Assembly (NCBI GenBank): GCA_038224325.1
Contig: JBBRFL010000016.1
Location: 3,076-67,075 of the forward strand
Length of the DNA stretch: 64,000 nt
Direction of reading: 5' to 3'
From: Thermoanaerobaculia bacterium
Lineage (GTDB): Bacteria; Acidobacteriota; Thermoanaerobaculia; UBA5066; Gp7-AA6
How positions within the stretch are numbered: position 1 is the stretch's first letter; every line of letters begins with the position of its first letter. Shown here piece by piece: positions 41,556 to 50,702 of the stretch. The notes beneath the pieces were generated by a model. The model saw only the letters and a list, made by a program, of their open reading frames with translations. It made no database searches and had not been told where the DNA came from. Made by a program: the position numbers and the translations under genes.

Positions 41556-41768
41556 CCTAAGGATTAACCGACTCTCCCGGCTCCAGCGTTTTGTCGCCGG
41601 GAGCCTCGGAGAACACCACGCGGCGAACTCCCTTGAACCTCAGGAGAGTCTTCTCGACAAGGGGGTGGATCCGAAGCTGGATCGCCCAGGCGCCTGCCCA
41701 GCCATCCCGATCGATGTCCAGCAGCACGTAGGCCGTCTTTCCTCGAACCTTCAGGTAAGCGACTGAAG
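41556..41768 (-). pseudogene. Start-less ORF fragment immediately 3' of tRNA-Lys (...AYLKVRGKTAYVLLDIDRDGWAGAWAIQLRIHPLVEKTLLRFKGVRRVVFSEAPGDKTLEPGESVNP*)
   Basis: My own translation. It is protein-like for about 70 codons but has R-rich junk upstream and no start codon, so it is likely a remnant. Confidence 0.15.
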
Positions 41769-41827
41769 CATGGGCTGGTCGCCGCCGGCTGGAAGATCCT
41801 CGGCGGCCGCCTGGGCGCTCGCGCGGA

Positions 41828-42094
41828 TCACGTCGTCGTGGCAGGCACGCGCTTCTTAAGGATGAGTTTCATGGAGCCCAAGGCCAGCTCATCGTTGTCA
41901 CCCGTCACTGCCTTGTAGTACCGCTGCCCGTCCAGAGGCGCGACGTACGCGACGACGATCGTCTGTTGGGACTCCCCATGAGACTCCGCCGGCGCCGCCG
42001 CAGTGACTCTTACGCTCTCCCTGGCCGTCTGCGCACGAACCTCGAAACTAGCGAGAACCCATAGACTCGCGGCGACCCCGACGCATAGCCTCAT
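41828..42094 (-). CDS. Small secreted protein (88 aa) with signal peptide
   Basis: MRLCVGVAASLWVLASFEVRAQT...; lies in the lower-GC tRNA-Lys flank. Confidence 0.3.
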   Translation of the reverse strand: MRLCVGVAASLWVLASFEVRAQTARESVRVTAAAPAESHGESQQTIVVAYVAPLDGQRYYKAVTGDNDELALGSMKLILKKRVPATTT

Positions 42095-42193
42095 TCATTT
42101 CTCGCCTAACCTAAGGGGCGGTTGGTGTCACTCAGTACGAATCCCGGACGGCCAAGAATTCCGCAGAGGCGACGCCTCGCCCTTGCCGTGTCG

Positions 42194-42433
42194 CTACTTC
42201 CCGCCCGTCTCCTCCCGTTCCTTGCTGCGCCGATCAACCATCTTCCAGTTGCAGCGTCCGCAGACGAAAAAGAGATCGTCGGACTTTGAGGACGGGTCGG
42301 GCGCCGGTCCCTTCATGTGGACCTTGCGGCTCCCGGTCTGGGTACAGTTCGGGCAGAGGGGGCCGCCCGGGTCCAGGAAGCGCGGCGAAGAGGGTTTGTC
42401 GATGGAACGCGAGTATACGCCGCGGTCTGGCAC
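42194..42433 (-). CDS. Small zinc-ribbon protein (CPNC...CGRC), 7 nt downstream of the TPR gene
   Basis: (M)PDRGVYSRSIDKPSSPRFLDPGGPLCPNCTQTGSRKVHMKGPAPDPSSKSDDLFFVCGRCNWKM; GTG start. A palindrome GAGGCGaCGCCTC (42166-42178) lies just downstream. Confidence 0.4.
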   Translation of the reverse strand: MPDRGVYSRSIDKPSSPRFLDPGGPLCPNCTQTGSRKVHMKGPAPDPSSKSDDLFFVCGRCNWKMVDRRSKEREETGGK

Positions 42434-42440
42434 GCGCTCG

Positions 42441-43370
42441 CTACCGAGGCAGGCGCGCCAGCTCCTTTTGCCAGTCGCGATGCTTCGGCTCGATGCGCAG
42501 GGCCTCCGTCAGGTACTCGCGCGCCTCGGCCGGTCGGTGGAGCCGTCCCGCGACTCGGGCGAGCCGCACCCGCAGTTCCGCTTCCCTCGGCCCGTCGGGA
42601 GAGGCGGGGAGGCGCAGGCTCGCCTCCAGATCCTCCAGAGACTCGCGCAGCTTTTCTCCCGACTCGAGCGCGATGGCGCTCGACTCGTAGGCTTGGACCG
42701 GATCGCCCGCCCCCGCGCGAAGCCACAGGGCCCTCGCCTCCTCGTAGCGCTTTCGCCGGAGGAAGAACCCGGACAGCGCGCGCCGCCCCCGCAGCCCCTT
42801 GGTGGAGGCGGCCAGCGCCAGCCGGTACTGCTCCTCCGCCGCGACCGCGTCTTCTTCCCGCTCGGCGATCGCCCCGAGCAGCTCGTGGCCACGTTCGGGA
42901 TCGAGCTTGAGGACCTCCTCGGCCTCCCGGCGGGCCTTCGACCGCCCGCCTCCAAGGAGCGCCGGAGCCAGCAGGTCGTAGGTCGCGAGGTCCGCCAGTG
43001 CGGCGGCGTTGGACGGGTCGATGGCGGCGGCGCGCGCGAAGGACGCCCGAGCCTTGCGGGCCAGGAAGGCCTGCCTGAGTGCGAGGGACTGTTCGGCCTT
43101 GCGCCCGTAGGCGCGCCCCAGCAGGTCGTGGGCCTCGGAGTTGGAGGGCTCGGCCGCCACGAGGCGCTCGCCCACGCGGACCGCCTCGTCGAAGTCGCCC
43201 TGCTCGATCCCCGAGCGGAGAACCGAGAGCTCCGGCTCGGCGTGGCTACCCTGAGCGATCGTCTGCCCCGCCGGGGCCGGCCCGGCCGACGCGATGACCG
43301 CCGCGAGGAGGGGCCCGGCCGCGAGAAGGACTCTCTGTCCGCGGAACGACCGACGGAGCTGCGGCCTCAC
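42441..43370 (-). CDS. Secreted TPR-repeat protein
   Basis: GTG start, (M)RPQLRRSFRGQRVLLAAGPLLAAVIASAGPAPA signal, then TPR-like repeats. GTGA overlap with the DUF4337 gene stop. Confidence 0.6.
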   Translation of the reverse strand: MRPQLRRSFRGQRVLLAAGPLLAAVIASAGPAPAGQTIAQGSHAEPELSVLRSGIEQGDFDEAVRVGERLVAAEPSNSEAHDLLGRAYGRKAEQSLALRQAFLARKARASFARAAAIDPSNAAALADLATYDLLAPALLGGGRSKARREAEEVLKLDPERGHELLGAIAEREEDAVAAEEQYRLALAASTKGLRGRRALSGFFLRRKRYEEARALWLRAGAGDPVQAYESSAIALESGEKLRESLEDLEASLRLPASPDGPREAELRVRLARVAGRLHRPAEAREYLTEALRIEPKHRDWQKELARLPR

Positions 43371-43948
43371 CGAAGCGACGTCGCGATCAGGAGAGCGAGA
43401 CCGCCCGCTCCGAGGAGGAGCGACCCGATCCACACGGGGCGGCTGCGGGTCAGCGCCGCCACCGCGCCGAGCGCGATCGAGACCTGGAAGAGGGCGACCG
43501 CGTACGCGAACCCGTGGTGCGCGTGGAGAAGGTGGTCCGATTCCGCGATCTTCTCGTCGCGCTGACGCTCCTTCTCCCGCGCGCGGGTCTCGATCTCGCG
43601 CTGCTCCGCGGCGTGACGGTCCTGGCGCTGCCCATACTCGGGAGGCGGCTCCTTCCCGACCGCCAGCCACGACGTACGGGAGGCTTCCTCGACGGCGGCC
43701 TTGAGGCCCTTCGCCTGGTAGTACGCCCATTGGTCGGACGCCTCCGCCTGGAGCCGAGTCGCCTCGGTGCGCAGCATCAGCGCCTCGTTGACCGTCGAGC
43801 CCGCCCGGAGCGCGGCGAAGGCGGCGAACGCGGCCAGGATCGCCGTCGAGAGCGCGATGCGCTTCAGGAACCCGCCGCCCTCGTGCTCGAGCTGCTCGGC
43901 GATCTTCTCGCGGAGCGGATCGGTCTCGATCTCGGGGGCCTCCGGCAT
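43367..43948 (-). CDS. DUF4337 family membrane protein
   Basis: MPEAPEIETDPLREKIAEQLEHEGG...RIALSTAILAAFAAFAAL...ASDQWAYYQAKGLKAA, with a C-terminal TM helix. Confidence 0.55.
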   Translation of the reverse strand: MPEAPEIETDPLREKIAEQLEHEGGGFLKRIALSTAILAAFAAFAALRAGSTVNEALMLRTEATRLQAEASDQWAYYQAKGLKAAVEEASRTSWLAVGKEPPPEYGQRQDRHAAEQREIETRAREKERQRDEKIAESDHLLHAHHGFAYAVALFQVSIALGAVAALTRSRPVWIGSLLLGAGGLALLIATSLR

Positions 43949-44000
43949 GGCGACGGAGTATAGCGTCCGACCGCCCGGGTTCTCGGCGGTCGCCCGGGCG

Positions 44001-44582
44001 TCAGCGGGGAGGAATCGGGTCCGCCGCGGGCCAGCCCGTATCGCCGACACGCTTCAGGTCCATCTCGAAGATGCGGACGGGATCCTTGCCGGGAAGAATC
44101 CGGTCGCCGACTTCCTTCCATGCGCCACCGCGGATGACCGCCGTGTAGCGGATCGTCGCGGGACCGGCGGGAATCTCCCACACGTAGCCGTCCGGCGCCG
44201 GCTTGAGGACGAAGTCCCCGACTCGCCCCATCGCGTGCGAATGCAGGGTGTACGCGTGCGCGCCGGCGTCGTAGGAGATCGTGCCAAAGGCGTTGAAGGT
44301 GACTCGGCCGTCGGCGTCGTACCCGCGGCCCTCGATCACCTTGACCGATCCGTCGAGGAACGGACCGATCCGCTCCGTCTGCGTGATCGCGTGCTTCTCG
44401 CCCGAGGGGAGGAGCGACCATGCCGGTCCGCGCCATACCCCGTCCATGAACCCCAGGGACGCCATGGCGTCCCGCTCCCCCGCGATCAGCGAGGCGGGAT
44501 CCGGACGCTCCTGCCCCGCGGCGGTCGTCGAGGCGCACAGCGCCAGGAGAACGAGCGTCGCGAGGGAGGGCGTTCGAGTCAT
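44001..44582 (-). CDS. DUF1579-like secreted protein
   Basis: Signal peptide MTRTPSLATLVLLALCAS. DGVWRGPAWSLLPSGEK...GRVTFNAFGTISYDAGAHAYTLHS pattern. Confidence 0.45.
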   Translation of the reverse strand: MTRTPSLATLVLLALCASTTAAGQERPDPASLIAGERDAMASLGFMDGVWRGPAWSLLPSGEKHAITQTERIGPFLDGSVKVIEGRGYDADGRVTFNAFGTISYDAGAHAYTLHSHAMGRVGDFVLKPAPDGYVWEIPAGPATIRYTAVIRGGAWKEVGDRILPGKDPVRIFEMDLKRVGDTGWPAADPIPPR

Positions 44583-46255
44583 GGCGAAGACTCTACACGA
44601 GGCGGAGCGGTCCCCAGTCGGATGAGCGAGAGGGACTCGAAGGCGCCCTTCCGGTCCGCGGCGGCCGCGACCCGCGGCCTGGCGAGGACGAGCCGGCGCT
44701 CGACGACCTCGGACCCGGCCGGCAGCGGAGGCAACCGGCGCTCCTCGTCGGTCCGAACCACTACGAAACCCCTCGCGTGCGTGCGAAGCGCCGCCAGATC
44801 CGGCGGCGGCTGCGCGAAGGAACTCCAGTCCGCGCGCGAGGAGAACGTCAGGCTCGATGCGTTCGCGCCGATTAAGAAGAGGTCGCATCCGCTCCCGCAC
44901 TCGCGGCGGATGCGCTCGCCCCATTCGCCGAACGGATCGAAGCGCGCCAGCCGCTCGTCGAACCGCTGGACGCCCAGAAGCAGGAGGCCGCAGGCGAGGC
45001 CTGCTCCGACGAATGGTCGCAGGTCCCCCGGAGCGAGCGCGCAGGCCGCGGCCGCGACGACCATTGCGGCGAGACCGACGCCGAGCCCGATCGCCGCATC
45101 CGCTCCCCCCAGGGTTTCGAGGTTGGGAAGCGCCCTCACACAGGCGAAGAGTCCGGCGAGCGCGGCCGCGCCCGCCAGGACCCAGGGCGCTCGCCACCAG
45201 CGGCCCGGGCCCTCGATACGCCGGGCCAGGCCCTCACCCGCGACGAGGGCGAAGGCCGGATACAACGGAAGGAGGTAAACCTCGCGCTTCATCACGAGAA
45301 CGGAGAGAAACAGGAACCCGAAGAGGAGCCAGCCCATCGCGAGGCCGTCCCGCCGCCACCGCCGCCCCGCGACGAGCGGAAGGCAGAGCGACCAGGGAAA
45401 GACGGCCCAGGTCAGGATCCCGAGGTAGTAGAGGAGGCCCCGGTGCGGCAGCATGTAAATGCGCGTCGATGCGCGGAGCACCTGGTTCTTCCAGTAGAAG
45501 GTCTCCCAGAAAACGGCTCCGAGCCTGCGCGTCATCGCCCAGTGCCAGGGGGCCAGCAGCAGGACGAGCGTCCCGGCCGCCCAGGCGCCCCGGCGCCAGA
45601 GACGAACCGGCCGGGCGCGGTCGAGAAGGAGACCCAGCGCCACGCCCCCGACGGGGAGAACGATCCCGACGAGGCCCTTGCAGTAGAAGCAGAGCGCGAG
45701 GGCTGCTCCGACGGTCGCGCCGAGGAACGCGTCGGTCTCGGGCGTCTCCCGGCACGCGGCGTCCAGCGCGAGGGTCGCGATCGTGACCGCGAGCATCAGG
45801 AAGGCGTCCGCGGCGTAGACCAGCGCCGAGAAATAGAGGCCGAACGAGAACACGAGGATGATCGCGGCGAGAACACCGGCGCGGTCGCCCGCGCGGCGGC
45901 GGGCGGCGAGCCCGACCATCAGCACGGTCGCGAGAGACGCGAGGGCCGCGGGAAGCCTCGCCGCGAAGATCGAGACGCCGAGCAACCGGTAGCTCGCCGC
46001 CAGGATCCAGAAGGTCAGGGGCGGCTTGTCCAGAAATGGTTTGTGGAGGTAGACGGGCACGAGGTAGTCGCCGGTTTGGAGCATCGCGATCGGGGGGGAC
46101 GCGTACATGCCCTCGTTTCCGCGCTGGATCGGCGTCGCGCCGAGCCGGCCGAGGTAGAGATAGAGGCCGAGGAGGATCGCAGCGCCCGCGAGGAGTCGCG
46201 ACAGGGGGTCGAGGCCGCCGGCCCGAGTCGCCCGATCCGAGACGTCGCCGTTCAC
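44579..46255 (-). CDS. GT39/GT83-family (ArnT/PMT-like) polyprenyl-phosphate-dependent glycosyltransferase
   Basis: Polytopic; N-terminal loop motif YLHKPFLDKPPLTFWILAASYRLLG is typical of ArnT-like transferases. ATGA overlap with the downstream DUF1579 gene. Confidence 0.72.
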   Translation of the reverse strand: MNGDVSDRATRAGGLDPLSRLLAGAAILLGLYLYLGRLGATPIQRGNEGMYASPPIAMLQTGDYLVPVYLHKPFLDKPPLTFWILAASYRLLGVSIFAARLPAALASLATVLMVGLAARRRAGDRAGVLAAIILVFSFGLYFSALVYAADAFLMLAVTIATLALDAACRETPETDAFLGATVGAALALCFYCKGLVGIVLPVGGVALGLLLDRARPVRLWRRGAWAAGTLVLLLAPWHWAMTRRLGAVFWETFYWKNQVLRASTRIYMLPHRGLLYYLGILTWAVFPWSLCLPLVAGRRWRRDGLAMGWLLFGFLFLSVLVMKREVYLLPLYPAFALVAGEGLARRIEGPGRWWRAPWVLAGAAALAGLFACVRALPNLETLGGADAAIGLGVGLAAMVVAAAACALAPGDLRPFVGAGLACGLLLLGVQRFDERLARFDPFGEWGERIRRECGSGCDLFLIGANASSLTFSSRADWSSFAQPPPDLAALRTHARGFVVVRTDEERRLPPLPAGSEVVERRLVLARPRVAAAADRKGAFESLSLIRLGTAPPRVESSP

Positions 46256-46274
46256 TGCGAGCGGAAGCGGCCGA

Positions 46275-47537
46275 TCAGACGCCGGGCATCGCCCGCTTCA
46301 GCGGCTTCAGGAGCAGCAACAGCAGCAGCGCCGTCGCCAGCGCCATGGTGCCGAGGACGGCGAAGAACGTGGAGTGCCGCCAGTCGGTCCAGTACACGCC
46401 GATTTGCGTGAGCTTCCCGCCGATTCCCGTCGCCACGAACCAGCAGCCCATCATGAGGCTGCGGTAGCGCCGCGGAGCGACCTTGGAGACGAGGGAGAGG
46501 GCCATCGGGGAGAGCGTGATCTCCGCGAGGCCGACGATCGCGTAGCACCCGACCAGCCACCACGGCGAGACCTTGCCGGTGTCGCCGCCGGCCTTCCCCG
46601 CGAAGTACATCAGGTAGAAGGCCGCGGATATGAGAAACATCCCGATCGCCATCTTGCTGGTCGTGCTCGGTTCCCGGCCTCGCTGGTCGAGCGACTTCCA
46701 GAGCCAGACCAGGGGAAGGCTCAATGTGATCACGAAGAACGGCTCGATCGCGTTCGAGATGACGCCGGAGAAGGTCCAGCGCGTGTTGTCGTTGGCGAAG
46801 TACGTCAGGGTCGACCCGTTCTGGAAGAAGATCATCCAGAAGACGATCGAGATGAGATAGACGACGAGGAGCGCGAGTATCCGATTCCGCTCCGGGACCT
46901 CGTCCATCGCGGTGCGAGCGCTCGCCGCCTCCGCCTCGTCCCGGGCGACGGAGCGATCTCCCGGCTCGATGTCCTTCCGGAAGACGACCAGGGTCAGGAT
47001 GGAGATGACCATTCCTCCCGCGGCGACCGCGAAGGCGGGGTGGAATCCGTACCAGCGGCGCACGAACTCGACGACGATGGGCCCCAGCGCCGCGCCCAGG
47101 TTGAAGCACATGTAGAAGATGTTGTACGCGCGGTCGCGGAGGTGGCTCCCCCTGGGATAGAGGTTGCCCACGATCGTCGAGACGTTCGGCTTGAAGAAGC
47201 CGTTGCCGATGACGAGGCAGGCCAGCGCGGCGTACATGACGGGAATCGAGCGGAACGCCAGCAGGAGGTGACCCGCGGCGAAGAAGCCGCCCCCGATCAT
47301 GACGGCGCGGCGGTAGCCGAGCTTGCGGTCCGCCAGCCAGCCTCCGATCATCGGGCTGAAGAAGACGAAGAGGAGATAGTTCGCGCGCAGCGTGGTCGCC
47401 TGCGCCGCCGTCCATCCGAAGCCCTCGCGGCCGTCCTGCAGGTAGAGGGTGAACAGCGCCAGCATCGTGTAGAAGCTGAAGCGCTCCCACATCTCCGCCG
47501 CGGCCAGGACGTAGAGCCCACGCGGATGCTTCTGCAT
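46275..47537 (-). CDS. Proton-dependent oligopeptide transporter (POT/PTR2 family, DtpT-like)
   Basis: GLYVLAAAEMWERFSFY and FYMCFNLGAALGPIV motifs. Start chosen at ATG 47535-47537 with GGGAGA SD; upstream in-frame ATGs at 47576 and 47606 are alternatives. Confidence 0.82.
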   Translation of the reverse strand: MQKHPRGLYVLAAAEMWERFSFYTMLALFTLYLQDGREGFGWTAAQATTLRANYLLFVFFSPMIGGWLADRKLGYRRAVMIGGGFFAAGHLLLAFRSIPVMYAALACLVIGNGFFKPNVSTIVGNLYPRGSHLRDRAYNIFYMCFNLGAALGPIVVEFVRRWYGFHPAFAVAAGGMVISILTLVVFRKDIEPGDRSVARDEAEAASARTAMDEVPERNRILALLVVYLISIVFWMIFFQNGSTLTYFANDNTRWTFSGVISNAIEPFFVITLSLPLVWLWKSLDQRGREPSTTSKMAIGMFLISAAFYLMYFAGKAGGDTGKVSPWWLVGCYAIVGLAEITLSPMALSLVSKVAPRRYRSLMMGCWFVATGIGGKLTQIGVYWTDWRHSTFFAVLGTMALATALLLLLLLKPLKRAMPGV

Positions 47538-47627
47538 CGCCGATTCTCCCGGAACGCCGGCCAGCGACGCACTCATGGTGGGCGCCGTCAGGCTACCAGA
47601 GAACATCCGAAGCGCATAATCTTCGAC
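47538..47627. promoter_or_regulatory. Divergent POT/kefB region with a GCATAAT -10-like element 7 nt upstream of the kefB GTG
   Basis: agcGCATAATcttcgacGTG; a candidate leaderless promoter. Confidence 0.25.
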
Positions 47628-49346
47628 GTGCAGGCTCCGGCGTTCCTCGGACCCCTCGCGCTGATTTTTCTCGCGGCCCTCGGCGCCGCCTACCTGCTGC
47701 ACCGGCTCCGCCAGCCTCCGCTCATCGGGTTTCTCGTCGCGGGAGCGCTCCTCGGTCCCTTCGGCCTCGGCCTCGTCAAGGACGTGCACGTCGTCGAGTC
47801 GCTCGCGGAGCTCGGTGTCGTGCTCCTGCTGTTCTCGGTGGGGCTCGAGCTCTCGCTCGGGAGCCTTCGCCGCCTCGGGAGGATAGTGTGGGTCGCCGGA
47901 CCCATCCAGGTGCTCGGCACGATCGCGCTCGTTTACGCCGTGGCCTCGGCGGGGGGCTATCCGGCGGCCCGGAGCCTCTTCTTCGGCTACCTCGTAGCGC
48001 TCTCGTCCACCGCGATCGTCCTGAAGCTTCTCCTCGATCGAAGGGAGCTGGACTCGCCGCACGGGCGATTCCTCGTCGGCATCCTGATCCTTCAGGACCT
48101 GGCGGTCGTCCCGATGCTGCTCTCCCTGGAGTTCCTGTCGGGCGCCCGGGGGGGAGGCATGCTCCCGCTGATCACCGCGCTCGGAAAGACGGCGCTGACG
48201 GCCGCCGCCCTCTTCGTGGCCGCCCGGGTCGTCGTCCCGCGATTCATCGGCGCGCTCGCGGGGACCCGGCAGAAGGAGATCTTCGTCGTCGCCATCCTGT
48301 TCCTCATCCTGGGCTCGGCGGTGGCGACCTCCTGGGCCGGTCTCTCGGCGGCCCTCGGCGCCTTCCTCGCGGGACTCGTCCTGTCGGATTCCGAGTACGG
48401 GCACCAGGCGCTCGCGGACATCGCGGGATTTCGCGATGCGTTCAACGCGCTCTTTTTCGTGTCGATCGGGATGCTCTTCGATCCGCGCGTCCTCGTGTCC
48501 CAGACCCTTCTCGTGGGAGTGCTCCTCGCGCTGATCCTCGTCTGGAAGACCGTCGCCGGAGGGGCGGCGGTCCTCGCCCTCGGGTACGGGACCCGCGTGG
48601 CTCTCGTCGTGGGCCTGTCGCTGGCCCAGATCGGCGAGTTCTCCTTCGTGGTGCTGCGCCAGGGCCTCGATCTTCGGCTCATCTCGCCGGGCCTGTACCA
48701 GACGTTTCTGGCCGCGGCCATCGTCACGATGATCGCGACGCCCTTCCTCTCCGAGGCGAGCCACGGGCTCGCGATGCGAATGGCGGCGAGAAGCCGGACC
48801 GCGCCCGGGCCCGACGCCGCGATGGCCGCCGAGAGGCACGTCGTCGTGATCGGGTTCGGCCACATGGGCGAGACGGTCGCCCGCCTCCTGGGCCGCGCGA
48901 AAGTCCCCTTCCGCGTCGTCGACCTCGACCCGGACCGCGTCAAGCGCGGAGCCAAACGCGGCATCCCGATCGAGTACGGCGATGCGACCAACGACTTCGT
49001 CCTGCGGCGTGCGGGCGTCGGAAGCGCCCTCGCCGCTCTGGTCGTGCTGTCGGATCCGCGCGGCACGCGGCAGGTCATCCGGCACTGCCGAAGACTCAAT
49101 CCGGGCATCTTCCTCCTCGCGCGCACGCGCTACCTGGCGGACATCCCCGGTCTCTCGGCGGCGGGAGCCGACGAGGTCGTCGCCGAGGAATTCGAAAGCT
49201 CTCTGGAGATCGCCGCCCGCGCGCTGCACCACCTCGGCTTGCCGATCCCCTGGGTGGAATCCGAGACCCAGGAGATCCGCCGCGCACGACAGGAGGGATT
49301 CCGGCGGTTCCGCGCTCCGGGCGGGGTCGACGGTCCGGTCGGCTAG
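47628..49346 (+). CDS. Monovalent cation:proton antiporter-2 (CPA2) family protein with C-terminal RCK/TrkA-N domain (KefB/KefC-like)
   Basis: Membrane domain of about 380 aa, then Rossmann VVVIGFGHMGETVARLL. GTG start (M)QAPAFLGPLALIFL. The upstream 400 aa of the track ORF is antisense-frame artefact. Confidence 0.8.
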   Translation: MQAPAFLGPLALIFLAALGAAYLLHRLRQPPLIGFLVAGALLGPFGLGLVKDVHVVESLAELGVVLLLFSVGLELSLGSLRRLGRIVWVAGPIQVLGTIALVYAVASAGGYPAARSLFFGYLVALSSTAIVLKLLLDRRELDSPHGRFLVGILILQDLAVVPMLLSLEFLSGARGGGMLPLITALGKTALTAAALFVAARVVVPRFIGALAGTRQKEIFVVAILFLILGSAVATSWAGLSAALGAFLAGLVLSDSEYGHQALADIAGFRDAFNALFFVSIGMLFDPRVLVSQTLLVGVLLALILVWKTVAGGAAVLALGYGTRVALVVGLSLAQIGEFSFVVLRQGLDLRLISPGLYQTFLAAAIVTMIATPFLSEASHGLAMRMAARSRTAPGPDAAMAAERHVVVIGFGHMGETVARLLGRAKVPFRVVDLDPDRVKRGAKRGIPIEYGDATNDFVLRRAGVGSALAALVVLSDPRGTRQVIRHCRRLNPGIFLLARTRYLADIPGLSAAGADEVVAEEFESSLEIAARALHHLGLPIPWVESETQEIRRARQEGFRRFRAPGGVDGPVG

Positions 49347-50689
49347 GCGCCGCGGGGCTGCGCGAAGGCGGCGGCGAGGCTCTCCCCCGCCATCCGCGCG
49401 GTGCGCCGGATGTCGGCGTCGGTGTGCGCGGTCGACAGGAACCAGGCCTCGAACTGCCCCGGGGGGAGGAAGACGCCGCGCTCGCGCATGGCGTGGAAGA
49501 AGAGGGCGTAGCGCCCGACGTCGGATCGCTTCGCCGCCGCGAAGTCCGGCACGGGCCCGGCAGTGAAGAAGAGCGTCAGGAGCGACCCGAGCCGCGCCAG
49601 GTGCAGCCGGTCGGCGAGCCCCCGCTCCCGCATCTGCTCGCGCAGCAGCTCCTCGAGCCGGCTCCCCTTCGCCTCCAGGTCCGCGTAGGGCGGCCTCCGG
49701 GAGATCTCCTGGAGCATCGCGATGCCGACGCTCATCGCGAGCGGGTTCCCGGAGAGGGTTCCCGCCTGGTACACGGGACCCTCGGGAGCCATGCGCTCCA
49801 TCAGCTCGCGGCCGCCTCCGTAGGCGCCGACGGGCAGGCCGCCTCCCAGGATCTTTCCGAGCGTCGTCAGGTCGGGATCGACCCCGAAGAGTCCCTGTGC
49901 GCCGCCGGCGGCGACCCGGAATCCGGAGATGACCTCGTCGAAGATCAGGAGGGCTCCGTGCCGGCGCGTGAGCTCGCGCGCGGCCCGCAGGTAGCCGTCC
50001 CTCGGAATCGAGAGGCCCATGTTGGCCGCGACCGGCTCGAGGATGACGGCGGCGATCTCGCCCGGGAAGCGGGCGAAGGCGGCCTCGATGGCCTCTGGGT
50101 CGTTGTACGGCACGACCGTGGTCAGGGCGGCCACCTCGTCCGGCACCCCGGGGCTCCCCGCGATCCCGAGGGTGGCGAATCCCGATCCCGCGGCCGCGAG
50201 GAAGGAGTCCGCGTGGCCGTGGTATCCGCCCTCGGCCTTCACGATCCGATTGCGCCCCGTGGCGGCGCGCGCCAGCCGGATCGCGCTCATCGTCGCCTCC
50301 GTGCCGGAGCTGACGAAGCGGACCATCTCGATCGACGGGATCATCCGGGTGACGCGCTCGGCCAGCCGCACCTCGAGCTCCGTCGGCGCGCCGAAGGAGG
50401 TGCCGCGCCGCGCCGCCCGGCTCAGGGCGCGCTGCGCGAACGACGGAAGATGCCCGAAGAGATGGGGACCGTACGACATCACGTAGTCGAGGTAGGAGCG
50501 GCCGTCGGCGTCCCGGATGCGCGCGCCCCGGCCCGACGCCGCGAAGAATGGCTCGCCTCCGACCGAGGTGAACGAACGGACGGGCGAGCTCACCCCGCCC
50601 GGCATCAGCTGCCGGGCGCGCCGGAAGAGGCGGGACGAGTTGCGGTTGTCGGGCTTGCGCCGCCCGGGCGGCCCGGTCCGCTTCGTCAT
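49343..50689 (-). CDS. hemL: Glutamate-1-semialdehyde 2,1-aminomutase
   Basis: MPGGVSSPVRSF and PLP-lysine region FDEVISGFRV; full-length. Confidence 0.92.
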   Translation of the reverse strand: MTKRTGPPGRRKPDNRNSSRLFRRARQLMPGGVSSPVRSFTSVGGEPFFAASGRGARIRDADGRSYLDYVMSYGPHLFGHLPSFAQRALSRAARRGTSFGAPTELEVRLAERVTRMIPSIEMVRFVSSGTEATMSAIRLARAATGRNRIVKAEGGYHGHADSFLAAAGSGFATLGIAGSPGVPDEVAALTTVVPYNDPEAIEAAFARFPGEIAAVILEPVAANMGLSIPRDGYLRAARELTRRHGALLIFDEVISGFRVAAGGAQGLFGVDPDLTTLGKILGGGLPVGAYGGGRELMERMAPEGPVYQAGTLSGNPLAMSVGIAMLQEISRRPPYADLEAKGSRLEELLREQMRERGLADRLHLARLGSLLTLFFTAGPVPDFAAAKRSDVGRYALFFHAMRERGVFLPPGQFEAWFLSTAHTDADIRRTARMAGESLAAAFAQPRGA

Positions 50690-50702
50690 GCGCGGGGGCC
50701 GG

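Noticed and set aside
46252-47490. 412-aa minus ORF and the 985-aa ORF at 46275..49232
   Set aside because: Wrong frame and over-extension of the POT transporter. The real gene is 46275..47537, and the upstream part is antisense to the kefB-like gene.
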